Source: a virus
Strand: one strand, 5' to 3'
Length of the DNA: 64,000 bases
IMG/VR virus record: IMGVR_UViG_3300020172_005639
Location: 32,001 to 96,000 of that record
Numbering within the stretch: the stretch's first letter is position 1; the number at the start of each line of letters is the position of its first letter. The position numbers and the translations under genes are program-made. The notes below the pieces were generated by a model, which was given only the letters and a program-made list of their open reading frames with translations, did not search any database and had not been told where the DNA came from. Below are positions 1-9,260 of the stretch, in pieces.

Positions 1-222
1 CGTTCCGTTGCCTCCGGTGGGGTTCCCAGAGTCGTCCTCCACCCACCAGCGGACTTGTTGGACGGGTATATTTAGCTGATCCATGTGGCATTTGTCCCGA
101 GGCGAAACGGGCATGTGCATCTCCTTGCCATCTATGAGCACTGCGACCTTGCACTCCCGCTTCTCGGCGTTGTACAGCAGGCAGTTCCCGCATACCTGTT
201 CGACTGGCTTTTTACTCGCCAT
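1..222 (-). CDS. Hypothetical protein with CxxC (partial, runs off window start)
   Basis: ATG at 222 with AGAGG upstream; MASKKPVEQVCGNCLLYN... is open to position 1; not in ORF track. Confidence 0.6.
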   Translation of the reverse strand, partial: MASKKPVEQVCGNCLLYNAEKRECKVAVLIDGKEMHMPVSPRDKCHMDQLNIPVQQVRWWVEDDSGNPTGGNGT

Positions 223-266
223 CTTGATAACCTCTCTGGGCTTACAATGCTCTAAAGGAGTGAAGC

Positions 267-902
267 ATGAAGGTAATATCCGCCGCAGCCCAGCAAAACA
301 ACGGGAAAGACGAGCTCTGCAACTACCTTGCGGAGCTGCTGCACGAGCTCTATGGGGAGCGGTGGATTCGGTCGGCGTTCGCAAACCCCGTGAAGGACAC
401 CTTCTGCGAGGCCTTCGGAGTCGACAGGGCCTTCATCGAGAAGTGGAAGAGGATTAACGAGCCGCCGCCTGGCTTCCTTATGCCGGTGAGGCAGGGCCTG
501 CAGTTCATCGGCGACGGCTTCCGGAAGATCAAGGAGAAGATATGGATCGAGATCGCCCTCAGGGGGCACGCAAACCTTATCATCAGCGACTCTCGATACG
601 TCAATGAGGCCGAGGCGGTCCGTAGGGTCGGGGGGTTGAATATCCTCGTCTACAGGCCTGGCTTCCTGAATGACGACCCTAATCCATCCGAGTCGCAGCT
701 CAGGCCGCTGGTCGAGTTTGCTTTAAGTAAGTTTGAGGAGGGCCCCCTCCCTTTCAGGGAAGACATGCTGGCAGCAGGAGCGCCCGAGGGCTTGGACCAG
801 TACGACTACTTCCTCGTGAACGGGGGCACGGTCGCAGATTTCCGTGCGAAGATTAAGTCGAAGCTAGTCCCTTGGGTTGCTGAGAGGCTTTCGCTTTCAT
901 GA
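267..902 (+). CDS. Deoxynucleoside monophosphate kinase (T4 gp1-like)
   Basis: P-loop-like NNGKD, FANPVK, RQGLQFIGD.FR, ISDSRYVNE and PSE motifs; AAGGAG SD. Confidence 0.8.
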   Translation: MKVISAAAQQNNGKDELCNYLAELLHELYGERWIRSAFANPVKDTFCEAFGVDRAFIEKWKRINEPPPGFLMPVRQGLQFIGDGFRKIKEKIWIEIALRGHANLIISDSRYVNEAEAVRRVGGLNILVYRPGFLNDDPNPSESQLRPLVEFALSKFEEGPLPFREDMLAAGAPEGLDQYDYFLVNGGTVADFRAKIKSKLVPWVAERLSLS

Positions 903-1600
903 ATGTTTTGATACCGATGGCTGGCCTTGGGACGAGGGTCTGCAGCAATGATCTGCCCAAGCCTCTTGTTCAGGTGGCTGGCCAGCCAATGATCCAACGC
1001 GTCGTCGACGCCCTCGGCTTGAAGAACAGGTATGTGTTCGTTGTGAGGAAAGAAGATGACGATAGATTTCATTTTGGTGATATCATGCGACGCTTCCTTG
1101 TTGATTTTGAAGTTGTTAGAGTTTCCGGTGTGACGGAGGGTGCCGCCTGCACCGCACTCCTTGCTTCGCAACTCGTATACGGCGATGAGCCATTGATGCT
1201 GTCCGTCTGCGATGCGGTCAACGACTTGGGGGCCAATTGGCAGGGTAGGTGCCTCGCTCAGGAGAAAGATGGCGTCATATTTTGCTTTAAGTCGGATCAC
1301 CCTGGCTACAGCTATGTCAAAACAGGCGAGGACGGCTTAGTTGAGGAGGTCGCCGAGAAGCGCGTCATATCGCAACTCGCCACTTCGGGAAACTACTTCT
1401 GGAGGCGTGGTTCGGACTTCGTGAGATATACAAAGAAAATGGTTGAGGAAGACTATCGCGTCAACAATGAGTTTTATCTAGCCCCCGCATTCAATTTAGC
1501 GGTAAGGGACGGCAAGCGAATTGGCACGGAGCTCATTAAAGAGGTCAACGACCTAGGCACTGTCGAAGGAATCTCTCTTTATTCTGCAAAAGTGAAATGA
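899..1600 (+). CDS. Sugar-phosphate nucleotidyltransferase-like (GT-A fold) protein
   Basis: LIPMAGLGTR, LPKPL, TEGAACT, EVAEKRVIS, NNEFYLAP, LGT motifs. Confidence 0.85.
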   Translation: MNVLIPMAGLGTRVCSNDLPKPLVQVAGQPMIQRVVDALGLKNRYVFVVRKEDDDRFHFGDIMRRFLVDFEVVRVSGVTEGAACTALLASQLVYGDEPLMLSVCDAVNDLGANWQGRCLAQEKDGVIFCFKSDHPGYSYVKTGEDGLVEEVAEKRVISQLATSGNYFWRRGSDFVRYTKKMVEEDYRVNNEFYLAPAFNLAVRDGKRIGTELIKEVNDLGTVEGISLYSAKVK

Positions 1601-2307
1601 GACCCATAACCATACTGCTGCGAGGCCAGCACTTCTTGGGTCTGTCTTCGCCTCACGGTAGAAGCTCTTACCAGAGGAATTTCTTCGACATCATAGATCA
1701 GTATTTGAAAAACGTGCCGCTCGCCTTTGAGTCTCAAGGTCGCTTTTTTAACGTAAGGGTCATTACTTATGATGGCCCCTGGGCGCACCAGCTTAATCAA
1801 GTGGCTGACAACCAATACATTCGTTTGATTCCCGAGGAGCTTCTCGGAAGCGTCGGATACAGGCAGTTCGAGGTTGTTTCCAAGGGTCTGGCGAATATCC
1901 CTCCGGACGATGGATCCGTCGTTCTAATTCTGCGCTTTGACTTGATTTACAAAAAACCGATCACGGAGTGGTTCGATTTCGACAAGGACTTTGATGTCTG
2001 CGTTCCGTTCAGGGAGGTAGGCTGGGAGCAGTGGTTTGACTACTGGGTGCCTTGGAAGGCGAAATACAGCAGCAAAAGAATGGGAGACTGCTTCCATATC
2101 ATCAACAACGAGAGGGGCAACCTCCGCAAGTTCATGCGCGCCATAGCCCATGACCCCAGATGCGCCCATGAGAAGCACGAGGACTTCTCGGGCAGAGGTC
2201 TGCGTGTGGATTTCTGCACCCAAGGCTTCTTCAACAGCGACACGGCTTGCGAGGGAAAGGGCGCGAACAACCCCCTGTACTCCCTTCAGCGCCCATCCCG
2301 TCTTTAG
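1597..2307 (+). CDS. Hypothetical protein, possible glycosyltransferase-like
   Basis: ILLRGQ N-terminus and LRFDL (RxD) motif; ATGA overlap with upstream gene. Confidence 0.55.
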   Translation: MRPITILLRGQHFLGLSSPHGRSSYQRNFFDIIDQYLKNVPLAFESQGRFFNVRVITYDGPWAHQLNQVADNQYIRLIPEELLGSVGYRQFEVVSKGLANIPPDDGSVVLILRFDLIYKKPITEWFDFDKDFDVCVPFREVGWEQWFDYWVPWKAKYSSKRMGDCFHIINNERGNLRKFMRAIAHDPRCAHEKHEDFSGRGLRVDFCTQGFFNSDTACEGKGANNPLYSLQRPSRL

Positions 2308-2440
2308 AGCGCCCTTGAGAACCTCTGAATCGTTTCCAAGCCGTTCTTTCCCGATATGATTTCCCCGAGTTCTGGGTGCGCTCCTGCGAGCCACCGTATG
2401 CCCAGCTTCGTGCCTTCACCTTTGAATGTGATCTGCTCGT

Positions 2441-3118
2441 CTAGGATTGTGAGGCGTGTGAGGTTTTTATGCGCTGCTTCAGTTTGCTCATGCCCACCTC
2501 TGTGAGCACCATAAATCCTAATCCCCTCATTTGGCAGTATTGATCGCATGCTGTCCATTTGGCTTTGTTCCTCGGCAACTGTGTTTGCTCTGAAGGCTTG
2601 ATCTCCCAGACCTCCACCCGTCCGTCGCTGAAGCTAACCTTCAGGTCTGGGTTGTACTGGTGGATTTGCCCTTCAAAGGTGTACTGCACCGAGAAGGGTT
2701 CGACTTCATATCCGATGACCTCGGGCATCGCCTCAAGGCACTCGTACACGTCACACTCCATCCCTGACCGATAGTGCATTTCCTTGCCGCCATTCTTGGT
2801 CGAAACCATGTATCCCTCCCTGAACATGGGGCGCCTCTGCTTTAGCCCCCCGTTGCTAGTTTTGTCCTTCCAAACGATCGCTTTCATCTGCCCGACTTTC
2901 GGCATTTGGTCGTAGGGATGCTTTGCCTTGAAGTGGGTCCTCACACACCTCACGGGACAGCCGCACCTCGCCAGCGGGCAGACGACGTACTCGCGTCCCT
3001 CCTCGTGGCTGTCTAGTATGTGTCCCTTGTACTCCTCGTAGCCATCGAAGTTGCATCCGCAGACGAAACATTGGTATCGCCTCTTTCCGGTTGGCTTCTC
3101 AAATGGGAGCTTGTTCAT
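2441..3118 (-). CDS. C2H2 zinc fingers fused to TnsA-N / T4 gp4-like PD-(D/E)xK endonuclease
   Basis: CFVC..H...H and CPLARC..H...H fingers; YRSGME, YNPD, EIKP, KW, LTE nuclease motifs. Confidence 0.8.
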   Translation of the reverse strand: MNKLPFEKPTGKRRYQCFVCGCNFDGYEEYKGHILDSHEEGREYVVCPLARCGCPVRCVRTHFKAKHPYDQMPKVGQMKAIVWKDKTSNGGLKQRRPMFREGYMVSTKNGGKEMHYRSGMECDVYECLEAMPEVIGYEVEPFSVQYTFEGQIHQYNPDLKVSFSDGRVEVWEIKPSEQTQLPRNKAKWTACDQYCQMRGLGFMVLTEVGMSKLKQRIKTSHASQS

Positions 3119-3528
3119 TTTTTTGCAGCGGCCATCATGATCTTGACTGCGCCCTCTTTGTCTATGACCTTGATTTTCGGCAGGTCCTTGAGTCCGAAAA
3201 CGCGCTCAATCCCGTTCTCGTCCTCGCCCTCCATGCACCTCAGTAGATTCACAGCTGAGAACCTAGCCTCATCACGGAAGCCTGGTTCCATCGGGTCGTC
3301 TTCGTCTTCCGTCTTTAGCTTGGCAAATATGAGCCTGCTTGGCTCCGGCGCCCCGAAAAGCTCTTTGCCCACGACGAAGAAGAGTATCACCTCGTGCTTG
3401 TCCAATATCTTCTCTATGGCATCTTTCGACTCGTTGATGGCCATGATTTGGTCCCAACGATCCATGAGGTCACGGAACCCGGAGAAACCAGGCGACTCTT
3501 CGGAAAAACTTTCAACATATTCCTTCAT
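3115..3528 (-). CDS. Hypothetical protein (probable late/virion)
   Basis: ORF from ATG 3528 (MKEYVESF...), 6 nt from the TATATA box. Confidence 0.7.
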   Translation of the reverse strand: MKEYVESFSEESPGFSGFRDLMDRWDQIMAINESKDAIEKILDKHEVILFFVVGKELFGAPEPSRLIFAKLKTEDEDDPMEPGFRDEARFSAVNLLRCMEGEDENGIERVFGLKDLPKIKVIDKEGAVKIMMAAAKK

Positions 3529-3534
3529 GAGAAA

Positions 3535-3540
3535 TATATA
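3535..3540. promoter_or_regulatory. Palindromic TATATA late-promoter-like box shared by two divergent genes
   Basis: Exactly 6 nt from ATG 3528 (-) and 6 nt from ATG 3547 (+). Confidence 0.6.
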
Positions 3541-3546
3541 GATGTT

Positions 3547-4005
3547 ATGCCACACACTTTCGCCGGCTTCCGGTTATTCTTGGAGGAGATGGACCCCTCG
3601 CCAGAAAAGTCGAGGGAGGACAGCGACTCCTCGTCTGAGGGAAGCGAGGGCTCAGAGGACTTCTTTGCTGCCTTGGGCGACGAGCAGGGCATGAACTGGG
3701 GAGACATTTCAAAGGTTTTCACCGGCGAACCTTGGATATCCACGCACTTCTCGCTGGGCTCCCCCGACCGTGAGGTACTCTATAAGATGTCGCCCTGGGA
3801 GATAGTTAAGGGCACCCTGACCCCCAAGGGAGCAGACATCCGTCTGAAGCCGATGAGGGCCGGGAGGAGCTACCTCAAGGGCAACAGGCTTAACAAGAGC
3901 GACTACTTCGACGACCGCCGTTACCACCTGAATCGGGCAGAGCTTCTGGACTTCCTGACGAAGGGCTGGACTCCTGCCGTGCAGGCCGCACAGGGAGCAA
4001 TGTGA
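3547..4005 (+). CDS. Hypothetical protein (probable virion internal protein)
   Basis: ATG 3547; N-terminal GFRLFLEE capsid-targeting-like motif. Confidence 0.7.
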   Translation: MPHTFAGFRLFLEEMDPSPEKSREDSDSSSEGSEGSEDFFAALGDEQGMNWGDISKVFTGEPWISTHFSLGSPDREVLYKMSPWEIVKGTLTPKGADIRLKPMRAGRSYLKGNRLNKSDYFDDRRYHLNRAELLDFLTKGWTPAVQAAQGAM

Positions 4006-4181
4006 TCAAGGGCTTCAAGGACTGGCTTAAATTGCAGGAGGTCGGCACCTCTGCGGGGATGGTCGCGCCCTTCGCCATGCCGATAGGGGCGTCCCCGGTT
4101 GCTAGGATGTACCCAGAACCAGTACTTTCCTCTCCCGATCCGTTCTTCAGGAAGCGCAAGAAGAAAAAGAAAGACCGCTGA
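4002..4181 (+). CDS. Small basic protein, 59 aa (MIKGFKDWLKLQE...RKRKKKKKDR)
   Basis: GTGA overlap with upstream stop, GGAG SD, FKDWL..QE motif, poly-Lys tail; below ORF-track cutoff. Confidence 0.65.
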   Translation: MIKGFKDWLKLQEVGTSAGMVAPFAMPIGASPVARMYPEPVLSSPDPFFRKRKKKKKDR

Positions 4182-4197
4182 ACCACGGAGTATTGGT

Positions 4198-4776
4198 TTG
4201 GACATAGCAGTCTGTTCTGCCTGCGACACCGAATATGCAGCGCTGCAGTCCCTAACGGCCCCCACAATAGCCGATTACTGCGAGTTTCAAGGATATGAGC
4301 CTAGAGTTTCGATATACCGGAGTATTATCAGGCCGCCTTCTTGGCACAAGCTTCTAGAGATAGGGAAGTGCTTGGCCGAGGGGTTTGAGGCGGTGCTCTG
4401 GGTGGACACCGACGCAATAGTCGTGCGTAAGCAGATGTCACTTCAGAGCCTGATGTTGGACGGCAAGAATCTTTACTTGAGCAGCAATTGGCTCGGGCTA
4501 AACTGTGGGGTGATCCTGGTGAGGAACACGCCCTCCATTCGGAGGCTGTTGCAGATGGCCTGGTCCCAGACGCAGCTCATCGACCATCCTTGGTGGGAGC
4601 AGGCCGCCATCAGGGCTATTCTGGACAACGGCCTTTTTGATCGGCACGAGCTTCTTGAGTTGCCGTCTAGTATTTTCAACAGCGAGGAGTATTATGGCGG
4701 TTGCCTTGTCTACCATATGCCTGACACGCCCTTAAGGGAGAGAATCAAGAGGTTCGGGGCTATACTAAAGCAATAA
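4198..4776 (+). CDS. Glycosyltransferase, GT34 (GMA12/MNN10)-like
   Basis: SWHK, LWVDTDA (DxD), LNCGV, WWEQAA; likely TTG start at 4198 after GGAG. Confidence 0.8.
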   Translation: MDIAVCSACDTEYAALQSLTAPTIADYCEFQGYEPRVSIYRSIIRPPSWHKLLEIGKCLAEGFEAVLWVDTDAIVVRKQMSLQSLMLDGKNLYLSSNWLGLNCGVILVRNTPSIRRLLQMAWSQTQLIDHPWWEQAAIRAILDNGLFDRHELLELPSSIFNSEEYYGGCLVYHMPDTPLRERIKRFGAILKQ

Positions 4777-4789
4777 TTTGGAGAGTCAG

Positions 4790-5665
4790 ATGAGAGTCGT
4801 GCGTTCCCCCAAGGTCTACCTTATCGCTAGGCCGCAGATCGTCGAGGAAGGATTGCAGGCATTTCTTTCGGAGCAAGGCTTGCGCTGGCCTACTGCTACT
4901 GATGGGGTCAGGGACGCAGAGAGGCTGGTTGAGGCGGCCGGCCGGTGTTGTTACATGAGCTTCGGAGACAAGGCAGGCAGCAAAACGAACTTCCGCTATA
5001 TCCAAAACTTGCTCGGCGTCAACGAGGACGGCAGCTTCAAGTCGGGCCCCGCCCACGGCAGCGTTGTTGAGCACCCATGCTGGAGCTTCCTCGTCGTCGG
5101 TGCGGGGCGTGGCTTCTCGCACGAGCAAGTGAGGCACAGGACAGGCTGGGCGTACAGCCAGATCAGCACGCGCTACTGCGACTTCGAGCGTGAGGAGTCA
5201 GAGGGCACATGGGACCCCGGCTTCTGCATACCCCCGATGGCCCAGCTCTCCGAACAGACCGCCTCTGCATTCGACCAGAGGTTGAGGGAAAGCCAAAATG
5301 CTTACTGCGACTTGCTGGGCAAGATAGAGACCGACCTCAAGAACAACCCGGCCTTCATGCAGACTCTTTCTGGTTATGACGACCGAGAGAAATCAAGAAT
5401 GCTTCGTAAGGCCGCCCGTGGCGCCGCAAGGGACATTTTGCCTATAGCCACCGAGGCGATTATGGTGATGAGCGCGAATGCGCGCGCGATCTGGAACTGC
5501 ATCGTCCTGAGGGGTAACGAGCACGCAGAGGCGGCCATAAGGGACATCTACGTTCAGATAGCCAAGATCATGGAGGCCGAGATGCCATCCTTGTTCAGAA
5601 ACATAAGGTATGAGCGCTGCTGGGACGGAACTGAAGTGGTAGTGATGCCTAGAGAGAAGCTCTGA
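4790..5665 (+). CDS. thyX: FAD-dependent thymidylate synthase
   Basis: AGRCCY, HGSVVEH, RGFSHEQVRHR..YSQISTRY, ARDILP, NAR motifs. Confidence 0.93.
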   Translation: MRVVRSPKVYLIARPQIVEEGLQAFLSEQGLRWPTATDGVRDAERLVEAAGRCCYMSFGDKAGSKTNFRYIQNLLGVNEDGSFKSGPAHGSVVEHPCWSFLVVGAGRGFSHEQVRHRTGWAYSQISTRYCDFEREESEGTWDPGFCIPPMAQLSEQTASAFDQRLRESQNAYCDLLGKIETDLKNNPAFMQTLSGYDDREKSRMLRKAARGAARDILPIATEAIMVMSANARAIWNCIVLRGNEHAEAAIRDIYVQIAKIMEAEMPSLFRNIRYERCWDGTEVVVMPREKL

Positions 5666-7143
5666 TGCCACGCCTGATAGACTGCTTCACCTTCCACAAT
5701 GAGACCAACATAGTCTGCTTCAGGATTGCGGAGCTCCGTCATGTTGTCGATACATTCGTTATAGTTGAGGCCACCAAGACGCACTCAGGCGAGGACAAGC
5801 CACTCTATTTTGATCAGATTGCGCACCTCTTCCCCGAAGTCCACATAGAGCGCGTAATCGTGGATGACATGCCAGACGGGCATGATCTCTGGGCGAGGGA
5901 GAAGCACCAGCGACGGTGTATCTCAAGGGGCCTCGACAGGCTTAACCTTTCTGATCATGATGTCATAACCGTCTGCGACGTCGACGAGATACCAGATTCC
6001 AGACTGCTTGAAACAGTCAGGAGGGATGGCGTCAGCGGCATCTGCAGCCTTCAGCAGCAAGCTTATTGCTACAACATCTGCTGCAGAATTATTTGCGATT
6101 ACTACAAAGGCTTCTGGACCCACGCCAAAATCGCCGAATATGCCACGGCAAAGTCTCTAGGCGATTTCGACGCGCTGCGCTTCTTTTCTTCTAGAACCCT
6201 TCCTGATGGCGGCTGGCACTTCAGCTTCTTCGGCGACGCTAATTTCTTCCAAACCAAGATGCGCAGCTATGCGCACCAGGAGCATAACACTCCAGATATA
6301 ACCACGGCCGCAGAGGAGTCCATTCGTCTGATGAGGGACCCTTTCTTAAGGGCAAACCCATCGATATATGCTGACCCGAGCGCAAATCCGTATCTTCCAC
6401 GGAACTGGAAGATGCTCGATCCAACAGACACGAAGAACGTAGATGTGGTCATGCTGTCAAATACCGCCGACGAAGGCATCTATGAGTGCGCCAAGCAGGC
6501 TCTCAGGACGATGAGGGAAGGCAACCCCAGCATTTCCTTCAACGTCATAGTCGTGGAGGGCAATGCAGAGGCAGAGTCTAATGGCTTCGTTCTCGAGGGC
6601 TGCAAATACTTAAGCGTGCCTGGCGAGTTCAACTACAACAGGTCTTTGAACTTCGGACTATCCCATTGCAGAACAGATTACATACTTCAGATAAATAATG
6701 ATATAATATTCGGGGAGAGATCGGTTGAGAATCTCCTCGAAGTCATGGACAGGCATGGCATGCAGTCTGCCTGTCCCTTGGAGCCCAACTACCACAACCG
6801 TGGGATGCCCGGGGTTGAGTCGGAGCCCTTCCACGAAGGCTACACGGTCGGGCAGCATTTGTTCGGTTGGTGCAAGTGCGTCAGGAAGAGGCTGCTGGAC
6901 AAGATCGGGCCATACGACGAGAGGTTTGTCTTCTACTGCCAGGATTGCGACTACGCCGAGGTTCTCCGTCGCGAGGGCGTGAGGCACTATTTGGTGACCA
7001 CATCGCACGTGCAGCATATGTTCGGCACCAGCACTAGGTTGATAAAGGAAAACAGGGAGAAATACTTGGCCAATCCCAGGCAGGTTTTTCAAGACAAGTG
7101 GGGCAAGCTTCCCGACGCCGTTTTTTATAGAAGTGGAGCCTAG
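5665..7143 (+). CDS. GT17 (beta-1,4-GlcNAc transferase-like) + GT2 fusion
   Basis: N-half DCFTFHNE, VEAT.THSG..KPLY, DVDEIP, GWHFSF, YAHQE; C-half FNYNRSLNFG, NND, YDERF. Confidence 0.85.
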   Translation: MPRLIDCFTFHNETNIVCFRIAELRHVVDTFVIVEATKTHSGEDKPLYFDQIAHLFPEVHIERVIVDDMPDGHDLWAREKHQRRCISRGLDRLNLSDHDVITVCDVDEIPDSRLLETVRRDGVSGICSLQQQAYCYNICCRIICDYYKGFWTHAKIAEYATAKSLGDFDALRFFSSRTLPDGGWHFSFFGDANFFQTKMRSYAHQEHNTPDITTAAEESIRLMRDPFLRANPSIYADPSANPYLPRNWKMLDPTDTKNVDVVMLSNTADEGIYECAKQALRTMREGNPSISFNVIVVEGNAEAESNGFVLEGCKYLSVPGEFNYNRSLNFGLSHCRTDYILQINNDIIFGERSVENLLEVMDRHGMQSACPLEPNYHNRGMPGVESEPFHEGYTVGQHLFGWCKCVRKRLLDKIGPYDERFVFYCQDCDYAEVLRREGVRHYLVTTSHVQHMFGTSTRLIKENREKYLANPRQVFQDKWGKLPDAVFYRSGA

Positions 7144-7818
7144 ATGCACGATACCGCAGAATCCAACTCAAAAAGGTTCATTGACGCGTATGTCAAGCTG
7201 CCAGGCCTGATGGTTGATATTGGCTCTCGCTTGGTCGCAAACGCCAAAACCTCTTTCTGCATACGCCACGCAACTCCGGAGTTCGTCGATTACGTCGGCG
7301 TTGACTTCCAAGCTGGAGATAATGTCGATCTGGTCATTGAGGACGGATGCAAGCTTCCGTTCGATGACGGGAGCGTCGACTATGTCGTCAGCAGCTCTTG
7401 CTTTGAGCACGCCGAACACTTCTGGCTCACATACTTGGAGGCTATGAGGATCTTGAAGCCGTCGGGTGTTCTTTATGTCTGCGCCCCATCCAACGGTCCT
7501 TGGCACAGGTTTCCGGTTGACTGCTGGAGATTCTACCCAGATAGCGCATCCTCTCTAGTTTCTTGGGGCAAGAAGAATGCCTTGAACAACTTGCTTCTTG
7601 AACAGTTCACCTCCTATGTGGTAGGAGATGTGTGGGAGGACTATGTTTTCGTCGTCCTCAAGGATGGCAAACAGATCGAGTCCCACCCAAGGAGAATACT
7701 TGACAACTTGACTGACTTCAAAAACGGCAGCGCCCATCCCCATCAAAATTTCCTTAATGTTAATGAGGGTTGGAATTTCTGGCTGCGAGCCCACAATGAG
7801 ATCATGAGAAGGAAGTAG
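7144..7818 (+). CDS. Class I SAM-dependent methyltransferase
   Basis: VDIGS, LPFDDGSVDYVVSSSCFEH, RILKPSG, HRFPVDCWRF. Confidence 0.85.
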   Translation: MHDTAESNSKRFIDAYVKLPGLMVDIGSRLVANAKTSFCIRHATPEFVDYVGVDFQAGDNVDLVIEDGCKLPFDDGSVDYVVSSSCFEHAEHFWLTYLEAMRILKPSGVLYVCAPSNGPWHRFPVDCWRFYPDSASSLVSWGKKNALNNLLLEQFTSYVVGDVWEDYVFVVLKDGKQIESHPRRILDNLTDFKNGSAHPHQNFLNVNEGWNFWLRAHNEIMRRK

Positions 7819-7865
7819 CTCTCAAAAGCCTAGCGCATATCCCCATACAATGGTGAGGGGGGTAT

Positions 7866-9257
7866 ATGCGAAACATCTACACTGAATTCTTGGACAAGGT
7901 AAAAAAAACCGATTTGGATATTGCGATCATAGGCGACGCTATGGTCGATGAGTATAGGCAAGTAGACATCAAGGGCATTTCCCCAGAGTTCCCGATCCCC
8001 GTCATGCGCGCACACGGCGAATCGCGCCTGCTTCCCGGTGGAGCAGCAAACGTCGCATATCAATTTGCAGGTTTCGGCAAGAAGGCCCCGCTGTATGCGT
8101 TTGTGGACTCGGAGGCTTCGACCGTGCTGGGTCAGTGCGGCGTCGACTTGAATCCATCACATGAGATTCCAACTCGGATACCTAGAAAGCAGCGTTTTTA
8201 CTGCGGCGACTTCCCTCTGACTAGGCTTGACATGGAGCAGGATGGCTACGGCCTTGTGCCCGAAGTACTTTGCCAGACTGCGAACGTTCTGTTCAGGTCG
8301 CTGCTGGACTATCGGTGCGTGATCTTTTCGGACTATGACAAAGGCGTTTTAAGGTATGCCACCCCAGAGCTGATACGGCGTTTCCCCATCTCAATCGTTG
8401 ACCCCAAGAACGGCAACCTTGAGCGATGGAGGGGCTGCACGGTCTTCAAGCCCAACGAGGCCGAGGCCTTGAGGCTGAGTGGCAAGAAGTGCGTTGTCGA
8501 GGCCGGAAAATACCTGAGCTCGTTTTTGGGCTCCAGCGTTGTGATCACGCAGGCCGGCAAGGGGGTCATGGTTTTCTGCGAAGGGCGCGACCCTGTCGTG
8601 GTGGCACCGCCCAGCAGGCTCGGTCGGCCCGAGTCAGTCATTGGCGCAGGCGACTGCTTCGTTGCTTTCCTGGCCATGTCTCTCTGCTGCGGATTCGACC
8701 TGCTGGAATCCGTGGAGATCGCATTCAGGGCGGGCACTATCTACGTCCGCAACAAGCACAATGAGCCTTTATCCCCGAGGAGGTTTCTGGCCGACGTCGA
8801 TCCCCTCGCTTCAAAGGTGATTGCAGAGGAGGATATACCACGAATTTTCTCGCAGCGCGACTACAGGCTGGTCTTCACCAATGGGTGCTACGATATGCTG
8901 CACCGTGGCCATGTGCACGGATTCCAGCATGTCCAGTCAACAGGGAGGCTGATTGTTGCCGTTAACGACGATGAGAGCGTTAGGGGTCTCAAGCCTGGCA
9001 GGCCCGTCCAGAGTCTTGAGGAAAGGTTGGAGATGGTGGCTTCTTGCCAGTTTGTGGACTTCGTGATTCCATTCAGCGATCCGACCCCTGAGCGGCTCAT
9101 TAGGCTGATCATGCCTGATGCGGTAGCAAAGGGCGAGGAGTATGCGGAGAGCGAGATAGTCGGGTTCGGCATAGCGCCTGAAATAATCAGGATACCCATG
9201 CTGAAGGGATTCTCCACGTCATCCCTGCTGGACAGGCTTTCGGCCAGAGCGAGATGA
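7866..9257 (+). CDS. hldE: Bifunctional heptose-7-P kinase / heptose-1-P adenylyltransferase
   Basis: GDAMVD, ISPEFPIPV, GGAANVA, SDYDKG, VDPK, GAGD; C-terminal FTNGCYDMLHRGH, KGFSTS. Confidence 0.9.
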   Translation: MRNIYTEFLDKVKKTDLDIAIIGDAMVDEYRQVDIKGISPEFPIPVMRAHGESRLLPGGAANVAYQFAGFGKKAPLYAFVDSEASTVLGQCGVDLNPSHEIPTRIPRKQRFYCGDFPLTRLDMEQDGYGLVPEVLCQTANVLFRSLLDYRCVIFSDYDKGVLRYATPELIRRFPISIVDPKNGNLERWRGCTVFKPNEAEALRLSGKKCVVEAGKYLSSFLGSSVVITQAGKGVMVFCEGRDPVVVAPPSRLGRPESVIGAGDCFVAFLAMSLCCGFDLLESVEIAFRAGTIYVRNKHNEPLSPRRFLADVDPLASKVIAEEDIPRIFSQRDYRLVFTNGCYDMLHRGHVHGFQHVQSTGRLIVAVNDDESVRGLKPGRPVQSLEERLEMVASCQFVDFVIPFSDPTPERLIRLIMPDAVAKGEEYAESEIVGFGIAPEIIRIPMLKGFSTSSLLDRLSARAR

Positions 9258-9260
9258 TGT

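Noticed and set aside
2304-2558. 84-aa - strand ORF filling the 2307-2441 gap
   Set aside because: It overlaps the nuclease gene by 118 nt and has no clear SD or start; it may be real but cannot be supported.
2441-3118. Tn7-like transposon suggested by the TnsA-like domain
   Set aside because: There is no TnsB, TnsC or terminal repeat; stand-alone TnsA-like nucleases are common in large phages.
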